Assembly: GCA_018061075.1 (NCBI GenBank)
Contig: JAGOUW010000001.1
Span: forward strand, 12,401-76,400
Length of the DNA stretch: 64,000 bases
DNA from: Candidatus Levyibacteriota bacterium
Lineage (GTDB): Bacteria; Patescibacteriota; Microgenomatia; Levybacterales; UBA12049
Direction: 5' to 3'
This document shows, piece by piece, positions 43,001 to 53,537 of the stretch (the first letter of the stretch is position 1; every line of letters starts with the position of its first letter). The notes under the pieces were generated by a model. That model saw nothing but the letters and a program-made list of their open reading frames with translations, ran no database searches and was not told the origin of the DNA. Position numbers and translations under genes: made by a program.

Positions 43001-43049
43001 AAATGAAACTTGTGGAACTAGCCTACTCTACCACTATGAAATTTTAATT

Positions 43050-43646
43050 TCAAGAAGTTTTCTTTGAAATACCAAGCTGCTCAAGAACTAAACTAAGACT
43101 CTCATCTGCATTATGAGAGTATGTATTGACTACAAAATCATAATATTTTCGATCCCAGTATATCCAATTTTCATCTCCGTTAGCATAAATTCTCCTCCAC
43201 TTATCAATATCATTTTTTTCTCTTTCAATTACCTCTTGCTTTGCGCTATCAAGCGACTGCTGCTCTCTGTTTATTAATCTGTCAATTCTAATATCCATGT
43301 GGTCTTCCCCCGCAGAATCTTCACAAACAACAAGAATTTTAAAAATTCCGGGAATATTTTGAGCATTAAAACCAGCTAATTTAGTTTCCAAAATCAAATT
43401 TTTCTCGTCAGTTAGCATCTTTTTCAATTCTTCATCAAAAACCTTATCTTCATCATCTGGTCTTTTATCTGTGTCTTTTGGATCGAGTCCTAGTCTCCCT
43501 CTTACTCTCTCCCAAAAAATATCTCCGCCCTCGACATGGCGCCATCCTAAAGTATCGGCTAAATTCTTTGCAAGAGTTGTAGAACCGGAGGCGATTCGAC
43601 CCGAAACAGTAATATTTCTTATGTCGTTAAGGTCTTGGGGTGTCAT
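43050..43646 (-). CDS. P-loop NMP kinase-like protein (cytidylate kinase-like)
   Basis: ITVSGRIASGSTTLAKNLADTLG resembles the Cmk P-loop region. 198 aa. Confidence 0.4.
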   Translation of the reverse strand: MTPQDLNDIRNITVSGRIASGSTTLAKNLADTLGWRHVEGGDIFWERVRGRLGLDPKDTDKRPDDEDKVFDEELKKMLTDEKNLILETKLAGFNAQNIPGIFKILVVCEDSAGEDHMDIRIDRLINREQQSLDSAKQEVIEREKNDIDKWRRIYANGDENWIYWDRKYYDFVVNTYSHNADESLSLVLEQLGISKKTS

Positions 43647-43677
43647 CTATAGAGTATAAATCTAAGTACAAAATTCA

Positions 43678-44712
43678 TCAAGAGTTATTTTGAAGTGCGA
43701 CAACTCCGGGAAGTGGGACTCCAGATAAAAACTGGAGCATCGCACCTCCTCCCATAGAAACGAAGTCAAACCTATCGAACAAATTATATTTATTTAGGAA
43801 AGCGACGGTGTCCCCTCCCCCCGAAATCTTATGAGCATTACTATTTACAATTGCTCGGGCAATTGAAAGCGTACTTTCTTCAAATCCACCCTCCAAATAT
43901 CCCATCGGCCCATTCCAAACAATCATTGCGCTTTGAGAAATAATATTTTCAAATTCACTAACACTTTTTCCTGAAATATCCTTACTTTCTTCTGAAGAAT
44001 CAGCAATTATAATCTTTGCTGTATCACTTTTAATATCTTCTATTGTTTTTCTATCCTTATCAGTAATTTTCCCTCCAATCAAAATATAATCTGCGATATT
44101 TTGCATCTTGGCAATTATTGGAAGCTTTGTTTCCATCTTCGCTCCCCCTAATATAATAGTAAGAGGATTTTTTGGAGAATTTACAACACTTTCTAAAACT
44201 TTTACTTCTTTTGTAAAATGAAAACCTGGAAATGAGGGTAAAAACTTTGGGACCCCTACAATCGAAGCATGCTCTCTGTGACATGATCCAAAGGCTTCGT
44301 TAACATAAATTTCTCCAAGACTTGCCAATTCTTTGGCAAAATTAAAGTCATTCTCCTTCTCTTCTTTAAAAAAGCGTAAGTTCTCAAGCAGAATCAAACC
44401 TTCTTTAATTTTCCAACCCTTAAACCTACCTATTTTTGTTTCAGATTCATGAGATTCAAATGCATTTGCAAACCATTTAGCAACAGGAAGAAGGCTGTAT
44501 TTCTTATCCCAACCCTCGGGACGCCTTAAATGACCGATAACTATAACTTCGCAGTTGTTTTCAAGAAGATACTCTATGGTAGAAAAGCCTGAGATTAGCC
44601 TTGTTTCATCAAGAATTTCATTACTGCTTGAAAGCCTAACATCACACTCGTATCTAAGGATTACTTTTTTATTTTTAATATCCTCAGATTCTAGGCTCGG
44701 CAAATTCGTCAT
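43678..44712 (-). CDS. pgk: phosphoglycerate kinase (short form, 344 aa)
   Basis: N-terminal KKVILRYECDV...VIVIGHLRRPEG (PGK RxDxNVP / HLGRP region). C-terminal GGGDTVAFLNK...SMGGGAMLQFLSGVPLPGVVAL. Confidence 0.7.
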   Translation of the reverse strand: MTNLPSLESEDIKNKKVILRYECDVRLSSSNEILDETRLISGFSTIEYLLENNCEVIVIGHLRRPEGWDKKYSLLPVAKWFANAFESHESETKIGRFKGWKIKEGLILLENLRFFKEEKENDFNFAKELASLGEIYVNEAFGSCHREHASIVGVPKFLPSFPGFHFTKEVKVLESVVNSPKNPLTIILGGAKMETKLPIIAKMQNIADYILIGGKITDKDRKTIEDIKSDTAKIIIADSSEESKDISGKSVSEFENIISQSAMIVWNGPMGYLEGGFEESTLSIARAIVNSNAHKISGGGDTVAFLNKYNLFDRFDFVSMGGGAMLQFLSGVPLPGVVALQNNS

Positions 44713-44715
44713 AAA

Positions 44716-45810
44716 TTAATCACTAAATTCCTGGCAAAACATTTCTCCATAAATTCCCCCATCGATTACTCCTATCCCAACACTTCCAAAATTTTCTGAA
44801 AGTATATTTTCTCTATGCCCTGCGCTATTCATAAGCCCTTGCATGGCAAGCTTTGTGCTTGGAGCCAATGCTAAATTTTCCCCAGCAAACTTATATGCGA
44901 TATCTGATTCAGCCATTCTATCAAATGGGGATTTTCCTTCTGGTGTATAGTGTGAGAAATACCCACGCTCTAGCATATCCGTACAATGCGCTCTTGCGAC
45001 TTCCCTAAGACTTTGGTCTTCTTCAACTGGCGGAAGATCTAAATTCGCTCTTTCTGCATTTACCAGATCAAGCATATCTACCTCAGACTGCCTGTCGACT
45101 TTTACACTTGTAGTTTTAAAATTAAGCTCTAAAAGCTCATCACTTTTTGGCTCAACTGTTAAAAAAGTCAGCGCATCATTCACTGCTCCACCAAAAACAT
45201 CATTAAGCTCTTTATCAAAACCTTGAATATTTGAAACAAGCGGTGCTCCAAGCCTTGAAGCAGCTACTGAATTTTTCATAAATGGAGAAAGCGGAAGAGC
45301 AACAACCATAGTTAATATGAAAGATAAAAGTACAAATGCTGATGAAATTCCAGGTAAAATTCCCAATGCTTTTTCAATTTTCTTAGGATAATTAATCTTT
45401 TCAAGTTTTCTTAAAACAAATGGAAGAATAGTGTTTCTAAGAAAAATGGTTAATGCGATCTCGCAAACAAAAGCTGCTAGGAAAAACCCTAGTGCATTTC
45501 CAAATCCTTTTGGAATGTTAAAAGTATTAACTAAAAAATCTCCGAAAATATCATAAAAAGTAAGACCGAACAAAAATGAGGCCACAAAACTTACTAGATC
45601 TGCAAATCCCTTTATAAAACCCAATGCATACCCTTCAAGTGCGTAAAAAACGATTATTATGAAGATAGCCAGATCAATAAAATTAAAATTTACAAATGGA
45701 ATTGTAAGGAAATTTAAAAACGCCTGAATCTGTTCAATTGAAATCACAGAATTATTATAGATCATCCTGTCTGTTTTTTCTAAGGGGTGTTGCTTAAAAT
45801 CAAACCTCAA
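44716..45810 (-). CDS. CvpA-family membrane domain fused to a C-terminal CAP/SCP (PR-1-like) domain
   Basis: N-terminal 4 TM with a CvpA-like FIDLAIFIIIVFYALEGYALGF. C-terminal GYFSHYTPEGKSPFDRM...GENLA...HRENILS CAP motifs. Confidence 0.55.
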   Translation of the reverse strand: MRFDFKQHPLEKTDRMIYNNSVISIEQIQAFLNFLTIPFVNFNFIDLAIFIIIVFYALEGYALGFIKGFADLVSFVASFLFGLTFYDIFGDFLVNTFNIPKGFGNALGFFLAAFVCEIALTIFLRNTILPFVLRKLEKINYPKKIEKALGILPGISSAFVLLSFILTMVVALPLSPFMKNSVAASRLGAPLVSNIQGFDKELNDVFGGAVNDALTFLTVEPKSDELLELNFKTTSVKVDRQSEVDMLDLVNAERANLDLPPVEEDQSLREVARAHCTDMLERGYFSHYTPEGKSPFDRMAESDIAYKFAGENLALAPSTKLAMQGLMNSAGHRENILSENFGSVGIGVIDGGIYGEMFCQEFSD

Positions 45811-45871
45811 ACTAAAAAAGATTTATGGTAAATTGTTGTCTCTAAGGCTTCATGAATGATATTATTATTTA

Positions 45872-48040
45872 ATGGATACTATAAGAAAACTTTATCGAAA
45901 GTTTCGAAAGAAAAGATATTTCGGCTTGGTTATTCTACTCCTAGCAATCCCCTTATGCATATTTCTATATAGTTTCGTTTTAAAAGATCTTCCCTCCCCT
46001 ACCAGACTAAATAATCCGACATCGATTCCAGAATCAAGCCAAATATTTGATCGAGATGGAAAACTTCTATATACAGTTTACTCAAATAAAAATAGAACCC
46101 AAATCCCACTTAAAGAAATCCCAAAACATGTTCAGGAATCAACAATTGCTGTTGAGGATAAAGACTTTTATAGGCATGGCGCAATAGATATTAGGGGAAT
46201 AGCTAGGGCTCTTGTTGCAAATGTTTCAGGAAAACCAATTCAAGGAGGTTCAACTCTTACACAACAGCTTATTAAAAGCAGTCTTTTAACTTCAGAACGC
46301 TCAATTCAAAGAAAAGTTAAGGAGATAGTCTTAGCTTTTGTAACTGAGGTTTTATATTCTAAATCCCAAATTTTAGAGATGTACCTAAACCAAATTCCAT
46401 ATGGAGGAACAGCATATGGAATTGAAGCGGCTTCTAAAACATATTTTGGTAAAAGCGCTAAAGATTTAACATTAGCTGAAGCTGCACTCTTAGCAGGACT
46501 CCCTCAAAGCCCTACTCTTTATTCGCCATTTGGGTCACGTCCAGATTTAGCAAAAGACAGACAAGAATTAGTCTTAAGACAAATGCGAGAGCAAGGCTAT
46601 ATCACAGAAGAGGAAGAAGAGGCCGCAAAAAAACAAAAACTAGAATATAAGAATATTTCAAATAACATCCAAGCTCCTCACTTTGTTCTCTACATTAGAG
46701 ATTTAATGGAAAAAAAGTATGGAGAGAAATTTACCGAAGAAGGAGGATTTAGAATCACAACTACCCTAGATTCAAGTATTCAGGAGTTTGCAGAACTAGC
46801 AGTAGCTACAGAAGTCGCCAAACTTAGATTTGCCAGAGTTTCAAACGGCGCGGCAGTTGTTAGTGACCCTTCCAATGGAGATATTTTAGCCATGGTTGGA
46901 AGCAAAGATTATTTTGATACTTCAATTGACGGAAATGTAAATATTGCACTAGCCTTAAGACAACCTGGTTCTTCAATTAAACCTATTAATTATGCTGTGG
47001 GAATTCAAAATGGTTATTCCGCCGCTACAATTTTCGTTGACAAAGAAACTTGCTATCCCCAATCAAATGGCCCTGGATATTGTCCAAAAAATTATGATGG
47101 CAAATTTCATGGAGCAGTAACACTTAGAGAATCCTTGGCAAGTTCTTTAAATATTCCTGCAGTAAAAATGCTTAAACTAAATACTGTTGAAACCATGATG
47201 GCTACAGCCGCAGCCATGGGAATTAATACTTTTACAGATCCTAAGAGGTATGGACTTTCTCTAACTCTCGGAGGAGGAGAAGTTACAATGCTTGATATGA
47301 CTACGGCTTTTGGAGTATTTGCAAATAAAGGCTATCGCGTAGATCTAAATCCAGTAGTTGAAGTAAAAGATGGCCGGGGAAAAACTCTTGAAAAAAAGAA
47401 AAATCAGGCTGCAATTTTCGGTAAAAGAGTTCTCCCTGAGGAGGTTACATTTATAATTTCTGATATTCTATCTGATAATCAAGCCAGAGCTATGGCATTT
47501 GGAACAAATTCAGTTCTTAATATTCCAGGTCAAACCGTTGCTGTAAAGACAGGAACCACAAACGACTACAGGGATAACTGGACAATTGGATACACTCCAA
47601 AATACGTAGTAACAACTTGGGTCGGTAATAATGATAATTCACCAATGGGGGCAGTGGTTTCAGGAGTAACTGGAGCCTCCCCTATCTGGAATGAAATCAT
47701 GTCATTTCTGCTTGAAGATGAAAAAACTGCGCCTTACATTCCTCCACAAAATGCAGTTAGATTAAATGTTTGTCGCCAGTCAGGATTATTCCCGGCAGAA
47801 GGAATAACATGCGACACGAGACCAGATTATTTCGTAAGAAATAAATTTCCTAAAAGAAGAGATCCGGGTAAAACAAATGTTTTCGTAGATAAGACTACTC
47901 AAAATTTACCAAAAGATCCAAAACAAACGGATAACTTAGAGCTCAAGGAACACTACGTTATAACTGATGATACTGGAGACAGATACTGTGTTACATGTGC
48001 GCATCCAGAACTTTCACCATCCCCTACCCCAAACCCCTAA
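45872..48040 (+). CDS. class A penicillin-binding protein (bifunctional glycosyltransferase/transpeptidase, PBP1A)
   Basis: GT51 motifs EDKDFYRHGAID, GGSTLTQQL and QIPYGG. Transpeptidase motifs PGSSIKP (SxxK), SLN and KTGTT. Confidence 0.9.
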   Translation: MDTIRKLYRKFRKKRYFGLVILLLAIPLCIFLYSFVLKDLPSPTRLNNPTSIPESSQIFDRDGKLLYTVYSNKNRTQIPLKEIPKHVQESTIAVEDKDFYRHGAIDIRGIARALVANVSGKPIQGGSTLTQQLIKSSLLTSERSIQRKVKEIVLAFVTEVLYSKSQILEMYLNQIPYGGTAYGIEAASKTYFGKSAKDLTLAEAALLAGLPQSPTLYSPFGSRPDLAKDRQELVLRQMREQGYITEEEEEAAKKQKLEYKNISNNIQAPHFVLYIRDLMEKKYGEKFTEEGGFRITTTLDSSIQEFAELAVATEVAKLRFARVSNGAAVVSDPSNGDILAMVGSKDYFDTSIDGNVNIALALRQPGSSIKPINYAVGIQNGYSAATIFVDKETCYPQSNGPGYCPKNYDGKFHGAVTLRESLASSLNIPAVKMLKLNTVETMMATAAAMGINTFTDPKRYGLSLTLGGGEVTMLDMTTAFGVFANKGYRVDLNPVVEVKDGRGKTLEKKKNQAAIFGKRVLPEEVTFIISDILSDNQARAMAFGTNSVLNIPGQTVAVKTGTTNDYRDNWTIGYTPKYVVTTWVGNNDNSPMGAVVSGVTGASPIWNEIMSFLLEDEKTAPYIPPQNAVRLNVCRQSGLFPAEGITCDTRPDYFVRNKFPKRRDPGKTNVFVDKTTQNLPKDPKQTDNLELKEHYVITDDTGDRYCVTCAHPELSPSPTPNP

Positions 48041-48144
48041 AGTCCCTATTTAAAGTGAGCTTGTAATTTTGTATAATCCAGCTTGGACTTAGTTAATTTC
48101 TGAGGCTAAAAGACGCACTTATCTCTCCTGCTCATTTATAAATT

Positions 48145-50610
48145 ATGGAAATATTAAAATCTTTGATTATTTTTGTGGCAAAAATCCTAATATTTATTGG
48201 GGATATTACCATTTTTATTTTATTACTTCCGTTGAAAATAATTAATGAATTAAAGAGGAAAATATCACTACGCACACCTAGAAATTCCGTGGAGAAAGAA
48301 ATATTTAGCCTGGAAAAGTCTCAAAAAAAGAATGTTTCGTTAAGTATCTCTGAAATAAAAAAACCAAACATAAAACTTCCAACAATTAATATTCCAAAAT
48401 TTAAAATTCCTGACATTAATTTCAGTCTTCTTGTTTCACGATTACCAAGCATAAAACTTCCAAGGATAGTTATTCCCAAGATTAGCACCCCGAAGCTTAC
48501 ATTTCCAAAACTCGAAATTCCAAAAATAGCTCTCCCTAATATTTCAATCCCAAAAATTGAAGCGCCAAAAATTGGACTTCCAAAGCTTTCAACTCCTCAC
48601 ATAAAGAAACACAAGAAAAGAGGTAGGCCAAGAATCCCAGTAGCTTTACCCTTTAAAACTAGATTTAAATATACATTTATCGGAACACTTTTTTCATTTT
48701 TATTTATTTTTCTGCCAATCATTTCCTACGTATTTATAAAAAATTTACCAAACCCTGCGGAACTTTCACATCAGGAAATTGCGCAAACTACAAAGATTTA
48801 TGATAGGAATAAAGTTCTTCTTTATCAAATCTATGCTAACCAAAACAGAACTAACGTTCCCCTTTCAGAAATTCCAAAAGATTTTAAGAATGCGACAATT
48901 GCAATTGAAGATAAAAATTTCTACACAACTCCTGGGTTTGATATCTTAGCAATCGCTCGTTCTGCTTATGCAGATTTAACTGGAAAACCTTTGCAAGGAG
49001 GCTCCACTATCACTCAACAGCTAATAAAAGCTAGACTTCTTACGCCTGAGCGGACAATTGAGAGAAAAGTAAAAGAAGTTATTTTATCTGTTTGGGCCGA
49101 GCAAATTTATTCAAAAGATGAAATCCTAGAAATGTACTTTAACCAAGTTCCATATGGAGGAACAACTTGGGGAGCTGAAGCTGCTGCTCAAACATATTTT
49201 GGAAAAGATGTAACAAAATTAACTCTTGGAGAAAGCGCTTTTCTAGCGGGTCTCCCACAAGCGCCATCGATATATTCTCCTTATAGTCAGACTCCAGATC
49301 TTTGGAAAGAAAGACAGAGAGATGTATTAGAAAGAATGACTGATCTTAAATTCATAACGCGCGAACAAGCACTAAAAGCAGAAAAAGAGAAACTAGTTTT
49401 CAAGCCTAATCAAAATAATATTAAAGCTCCGCATTTCGTAATGTATGTGAAAGATTTATTGATTGAACGATATGGCCTACCAGTTGTTGAACGCGGTGGT
49501 CTAACGGTTATTACAAGTCTTGATCTAAAAACTCAAGATATGGCTCAAAAAATCATAACGGACGAAGTAGAAAAGGCAGGATATCTCAACTTCACAAATG
49601 CAGGTGCATTAATCACGAATCCTACAAATGGAGATATTATAGCTATGATTGGTGGCAAGGATTATTATGATCCAAATGGTGGTAATTATAACGTTACGAC
49701 TGCTTTAAGACAGCCTGGATCAACCATAAAAGTTGTTACTTATTCTGCAGCTCTCATGAATGGATATACATCCACTACCAGTATCCAGGACACGCCTGTA
49801 TCATTCGCTTCCCCTGGATCTCCTCCCTATTCGCCTGTTAATTATGATGGCAGATTTCATGGCAATGTAACACTTAGAAATGCTCTTGGAAATTCTATAA
49901 ATATTCCTGCTGTAAAAACCTTAAATCAAGTAGGAGTCCCTGCCATGGTAAATCTTGGTAAAAAAATGGGGATCTCAACTTGGCAAGATCCAGAAAACTA
50001 TGGCTTAGCAATTACTCTTGGAGCAGCAGAAGCAAAAATGACCGACATGGCGACAGTCTACGGAACATTGGCAAATAAAGGAAATAAGGTGGAGCTAAAT
50101 CCAATTCTAAAAATTACAAATTATCAGGGCGCAATACTAGAAGAAAAAAATGAAATAAAAGAAAAAAGAGCAATGCCTTCTGAGGTAGCATTTATTATTT
50201 CAAATATTTTAGCGGACAATAACGCACGCGCAATGGGATTTGGATTCAATTCTCCTCTAAATATTCCGAAGCACACAGTATCTGTAAAAACCGGTACTAC
50301 AGACAACAAAAGAGACAATTGGACAATTGGCTATACCCCAAAAATTCTTACAGCTGTTTGGGTAGGAAATAACAATAATGCTCCGATGAATCCACTACTA
50401 GCCTCAGGAATCACAGGCGCAGCGCCAATCTGGAACAAAATAATGAATAATTTATTAAAAGAAAGTAATCCAAAAGATGAAATTTATGCCCCTCCCTCAA
50501 ATATAGTGACTCTTCCATGTGGAGGGAAAAATGAATACTTTATAAAGGGAACCGAAAACAGAGGATTTTGTAGGCCAATTAGCCTGAATGAGCAAAGACC
50601 AAATCCTTAA
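48145..50610 (+). CDS. class A penicillin-binding protein paralog with N-terminal (L/I)PK-repeat extension
   Basis: Same GT51 and transpeptidase motifs (EDKNFYTTPGFD, PGSTIKV, KTGTT). A cytoplasmic extension of about 170 aa carries ~12 repeats of the pattern h-P-K-h-x. Confidence 0.85.
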   Translation: MEILKSLIIFVAKILIFIGDITIFILLLPLKIINELKRKISLRTPRNSVEKEIFSLEKSQKKNVSLSISEIKKPNIKLPTINIPKFKIPDINFSLLVSRLPSIKLPRIVIPKISTPKLTFPKLEIPKIALPNISIPKIEAPKIGLPKLSTPHIKKHKKRGRPRIPVALPFKTRFKYTFIGTLFSFLFIFLPIISYVFIKNLPNPAELSHQEIAQTTKIYDRNKVLLYQIYANQNRTNVPLSEIPKDFKNATIAIEDKNFYTTPGFDILAIARSAYADLTGKPLQGGSTITQQLIKARLLTPERTIERKVKEVILSVWAEQIYSKDEILEMYFNQVPYGGTTWGAEAAAQTYFGKDVTKLTLGESAFLAGLPQAPSIYSPYSQTPDLWKERQRDVLERMTDLKFITREQALKAEKEKLVFKPNQNNIKAPHFVMYVKDLLIERYGLPVVERGGLTVITSLDLKTQDMAQKIITDEVEKAGYLNFTNAGALITNPTNGDIIAMIGGKDYYDPNGGNYNVTTALRQPGSTIKVVTYSAALMNGYTSTTSIQDTPVSFASPGSPPYSPVNYDGRFHGNVTLRNALGNSINIPAVKTLNQVGVPAMVNLGKKMGISTWQDPENYGLAITLGAAEAKMTDMATVYGTLANKGNKVELNPILKITNYQGAILEEKNEIKEKRAMPSEVAFIISNILADNNARAMGFGFNSPLNIPKHTVSVKTGTTDNKRDNWTIGYTPKILTAVWVGNNNNAPMNPLLASGITGAAPIWNKIMNNLLKESNPKDEIYAPPSNIVTLPCGGKNEYFIKGTENRGFCRPISLNEQRPNP

Positions 50611-51221
50611 AGAGACTCGAGTATTCTAAATTGAGATTTCGGATCTCCCTTAAAAAGAAAACTATTCACACAAAACATATTTGCTCCTTTTTCTTTTAGC
50701 TTTGGTAATGTAATCTCACTTACTCCTCCGTCAATCTCTATATTTGTAAAACCTTTGTCTTTTATTTCTTTAATTTTTGAGAAAACTCTCTCATCAAAAG
50801 GGCGACCCGAAGCTCCTGCATGAATTCCCATTAAGAGAATTCTATCTAAATCCTCGTAAGAAACTTTAATATCCGAAACTAAAGTATCAATGTCTAATGC
50901 AAGCCCTACCCCACCAAGCTCCTGCCCGCGAGCTACAAATTCCACTTGATCACTCATTTTTTCAATATGTCCTAAGAAAGTTTTAAATCCAGATTTTGAC
51001 AAATCTTCAATATAATCAATTGGCTCTTCAACCATTAAATGTGCTTCTAAATCAAAATATTCTGAGTATTTGGAGAACGGAACTGGATCTAAAAAAGTTA
51101 GATTCTCTTCAAATTTTCCATCTAGAAAATCTATGTGAACGGATTTTGCAAACCCTTTGTATGTTTCAAATTTTTTCTCTATTTCCTCCCAGCTTTGCTC
51201 GAGGATTGTCGGGATTATCAT
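50607..51221 (-). CDS. rpe: ribulose-phosphate 3-epimerase-like
   Basis: MIIPTIL..., VHIDFLDGKFEENLT, HLMV and IDGGV blocks parallel Rpe IAPSILSAD / HFDVMDNHYVPNLT / HLMV / VDGGV. Confidence 0.55.
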   Translation of the reverse strand: MIIPTILEQSWEEIEKKFETYKGFAKSVHIDFLDGKFEENLTFLDPVPFSKYSEYFDLEAHLMVEEPIDYIEDLSKSGFKTFLGHIEKMSDQVEFVARGQELGGVGLALDIDTLVSDIKVSYEDLDRILLMGIHAGASGRPFDERVFSKIKEIKDKGFTNIEIDGGVSEITLPKLKEKGANMFCVNSFLFKGDPKSQFRILESL

Positions 51222-51823
51222 TACTTACCTATTATAACCAAAGCGTCGTAACTTGTCGCCTCTGGGAGATCCGTAGAAGTATCACCAATCGTATAGTCAG
51301 CTGACAATGCTTCTTCAAGATCAGCTAAAATACTTTTCTTTGAGCTTTTTACCTGAATTGTCACATCTGTATAATCAAAATTATCTGCATTTCCAGTGGA
51401 TGCCACCGTAAATCCAGCTTCTCTTACTATTGCTGCAGCAGTCCCAGCAACTCCTGATTCTCCGCTTCCGTTCTGAATTGCAACTGATCCGCTACTTGCA
51501 GGTGTATCTTCTGAAGACGGCGCCTTAGTTGGTGCTTTAGAAGGTGTTTTTGAAGGAGTTGGAGCTTCAGTTTCCAAAGGCTCTTCGGTTGGTTCTTCCT
51601 CTTCTATTACCTCATCGGTTGATTCTTCAAGGGTAATTGATGTGCTATCTTCCTCCGAAGGCTCACTCCCACTTGTCACAAAATATGCAACACTTCCAAG
51701 TAAAAGTAAAATGATTATGAAAAATATTCCAAATAGGGCAACTCTTTTTGAAATTCTTTTTTTTGAGGGTGATGCTGAACCTGAATAAGAGATCTCTTCC
51801 ATACTAGGGTGCCATAATATCAC
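51221..51823 (-). CDS. LytR/CpsA/Psr C-terminal-domain membrane protein
   Basis: TM anchor, acidic/PT-rich linker, then a LytR_C-like domain VAIQNGSGESGVAGTAAAIVREAGFTV...DYTDVTI. Confidence 0.55.
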   Translation of the reverse strand: MILWHPSMEEISYSGSASPSKKRISKRVALFGIFFIIILLLLGSVAYFVTSGSEPSEEDSTSITLEESTDEVIEEEEPTEEPLETEAPTPSKTPSKAPTKAPSSEDTPASSGSVAIQNGSGESGVAGTAAAIVREAGFTVASTGNADNFDYTDVTIQVKSSKKSILADLEEALSADYTIGDTSTDLPEATSYDALVIIGK

Positions 51824-51866
51824 AAGAAATTCTATCTATCAACATTTGATTTGATATAATAACCTA

Positions 51867-53510
51867 ATGCCCAAATTTTCCTTTTTAATATTTGCGTTTC
51901 TTCTTATCTTTTCACTCGTATTTAGTGTTGGAAAAGTCAGGGGTGATGAACTTGATGATCTAAACAAACAAATCGCAGACCTTACAAAAGCTCTTAATGA
52001 TTCAAAATCTGCAACCACTCCGCTAGAACAGCAGGTGGCAGGCATTAAATCTCGCGTAGCATTTATCGAAGCTGATGTAGTAAAAAAAGGTAATGATATT
52101 GATAAGGGCTATAAAGATTTAGAAAAACAAACAGATAAATTGAATTTGGCAATAAGAAACTATTATATTAAGAGTCACTATAATTCTCCGATACTTGTTT
52201 TTCTTTCATCAAATTCCGCTTCTGAAATAACTCAAATCTTAGCCTATCAAAAAGCTGCAGCCGATCAGGATAAAATGATAATTACTAATATTGCGCTTTC
52301 AATTAATACTTTGGAAGAAAAAAAGGCGGCACTCGAAAGTGAAAAAGTAAAACTTGCCTCAGTTAAAGCAAATTTAGATAAAATTATTGGAGATGCCAAA
52401 ACCTACCAATCTAATTTAACTGGACAAATTGCAGCATTATCAGCAAAACAGCAGGAAATTATTAATGCTAGATCTGGAACTTTTACGGCAACCATCGGAG
52501 ACAGTAATTTAGCTGATGATTACAATGCTTCAATCGTTGGATTTAGAGAAGCTGCTCCTTCTGGATATTTTGCAGTATTTGCATTTGGCGCACATACCCA
52601 CAGAAAAGGAATGAGCCAATACGGGGCTCGAGGAAGAGCACAAAGCGGGCAAAGCGTAAATCAAATTCTTAATGCTTATTATGGAAAGGATCCGGTTGGA
52701 AAAGATACCGGTGGAGATATTCAGGTAGCAGGATTTGGAAGCATGAACTTTGAGGAAAGATACTTGATGGGAATTGCGGAAATGCCCTCAACTTGGCATC
52801 CAGAAGCTTTAAAAGCACAAGCAATCGCAGCAAGAACTTATGCTTACAGATATAAAACCCAAGGAACAGAAATATGCACTACTGAAGCTTGCCAAGTTTA
52901 TAACGACGGTAAAGCTTCTAATCCACCTGAAGCCTGGCGTCAAGCCGTTCAAGCTACAAAAGGACAAGTTATTGAAGATGTAGTTACATATTACGCTTCA
53001 ACTCACGGAGGATTTACTTCAACTCGCGGCTGGGATACAACTGATGGTAGTGGCGGAGGTAATTTTATAGACAAAGCTTATGATAAGGTAGGCGGATCAC
53101 CTTGGCTATATAAGGCATGGTATACGCAGGGATATAGTGTTTCTTCTGGAAAATGCGGAAGAAATAACCCCTGGTTATCCCCTACTGAAATGGCTGACAT
53201 AGTAAATGCAGCTATTGCACTTAGAACTGGCGGAATTGATACATCTAGAATTACACCTGTCACAACTGACTGCTGGGGAGGAAATCCATACAGCATGGAT
53301 GAACTTAGAAATTTAGTATCAGGCCAAGGCGGAATTAGCCAAGCAACAAGCGTATCCGTATCACAAGGTAATGGAACCACTTCAAACGTGACTATAAATG
53401 GCGTTTCTCTTTCTGGAGATGATTTTAAAAGAGCATTTAATCTTAGAGCGCCGGGTCATTTATCAATTCCACAATCAGGATTTGCATTCTTTAATATTGA
53501 AAAAAAGTAA
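51867..53510 (+). CDS. SpoIID/LytB-domain peptidoglycan hydrolase-like protein with N-terminal coiled coil
   Basis: Signal peptide, coiled-coil region, then SpoIID-like core with EMPSTWHPEALKAQAIAARTYAY. Confidence 0.6.
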   Translation: MPKFSFLIFAFLLIFSLVFSVGKVRGDELDDLNKQIADLTKALNDSKSATTPLEQQVAGIKSRVAFIEADVVKKGNDIDKGYKDLEKQTDKLNLAIRNYYIKSHYNSPILVFLSSNSASEITQILAYQKAAADQDKMIITNIALSINTLEEKKAALESEKVKLASVKANLDKIIGDAKTYQSNLTGQIAALSAKQQEIINARSGTFTATIGDSNLADDYNASIVGFREAAPSGYFAVFAFGAHTHRKGMSQYGARGRAQSGQSVNQILNAYYGKDPVGKDTGGDIQVAGFGSMNFEERYLMGIAEMPSTWHPEALKAQAIAARTYAYRYKTQGTEICTTEACQVYNDGKASNPPEAWRQAVQATKGQVIEDVVTYYASTHGGFTSTRGWDTTDGSGGGNFIDKAYDKVGGSPWLYKAWYTQGYSVSSGKCGRNNPWLSPTEMADIVNAAIALRTGGIDTSRITPVTTDCWGGNPYSMDELRNLVSGQGGISQATSVSVSQGNGTTSNVTINGVSLSGDDFKRAFNLRAPGHLSIPQSGFAFFNIEKK

Positions 53511-53537
53511 CGTATAATATAGTACGCCCGCATAAAC

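Noticed and set aside
48350-48620. Short-period DNA repeats, initially examined as a possible CRISPR array or minisatellite.
   Set aside because: The period (about 15-18 nt) is imperfect and lies in-frame within the N-terminus of the second PBP, encoding (L/I)PK peptide repeats. No spacer/repeat architecture and no cas genes. Similarly, the 60480..60720 repeats encode the Pro/Thr linker of the LTD protein.
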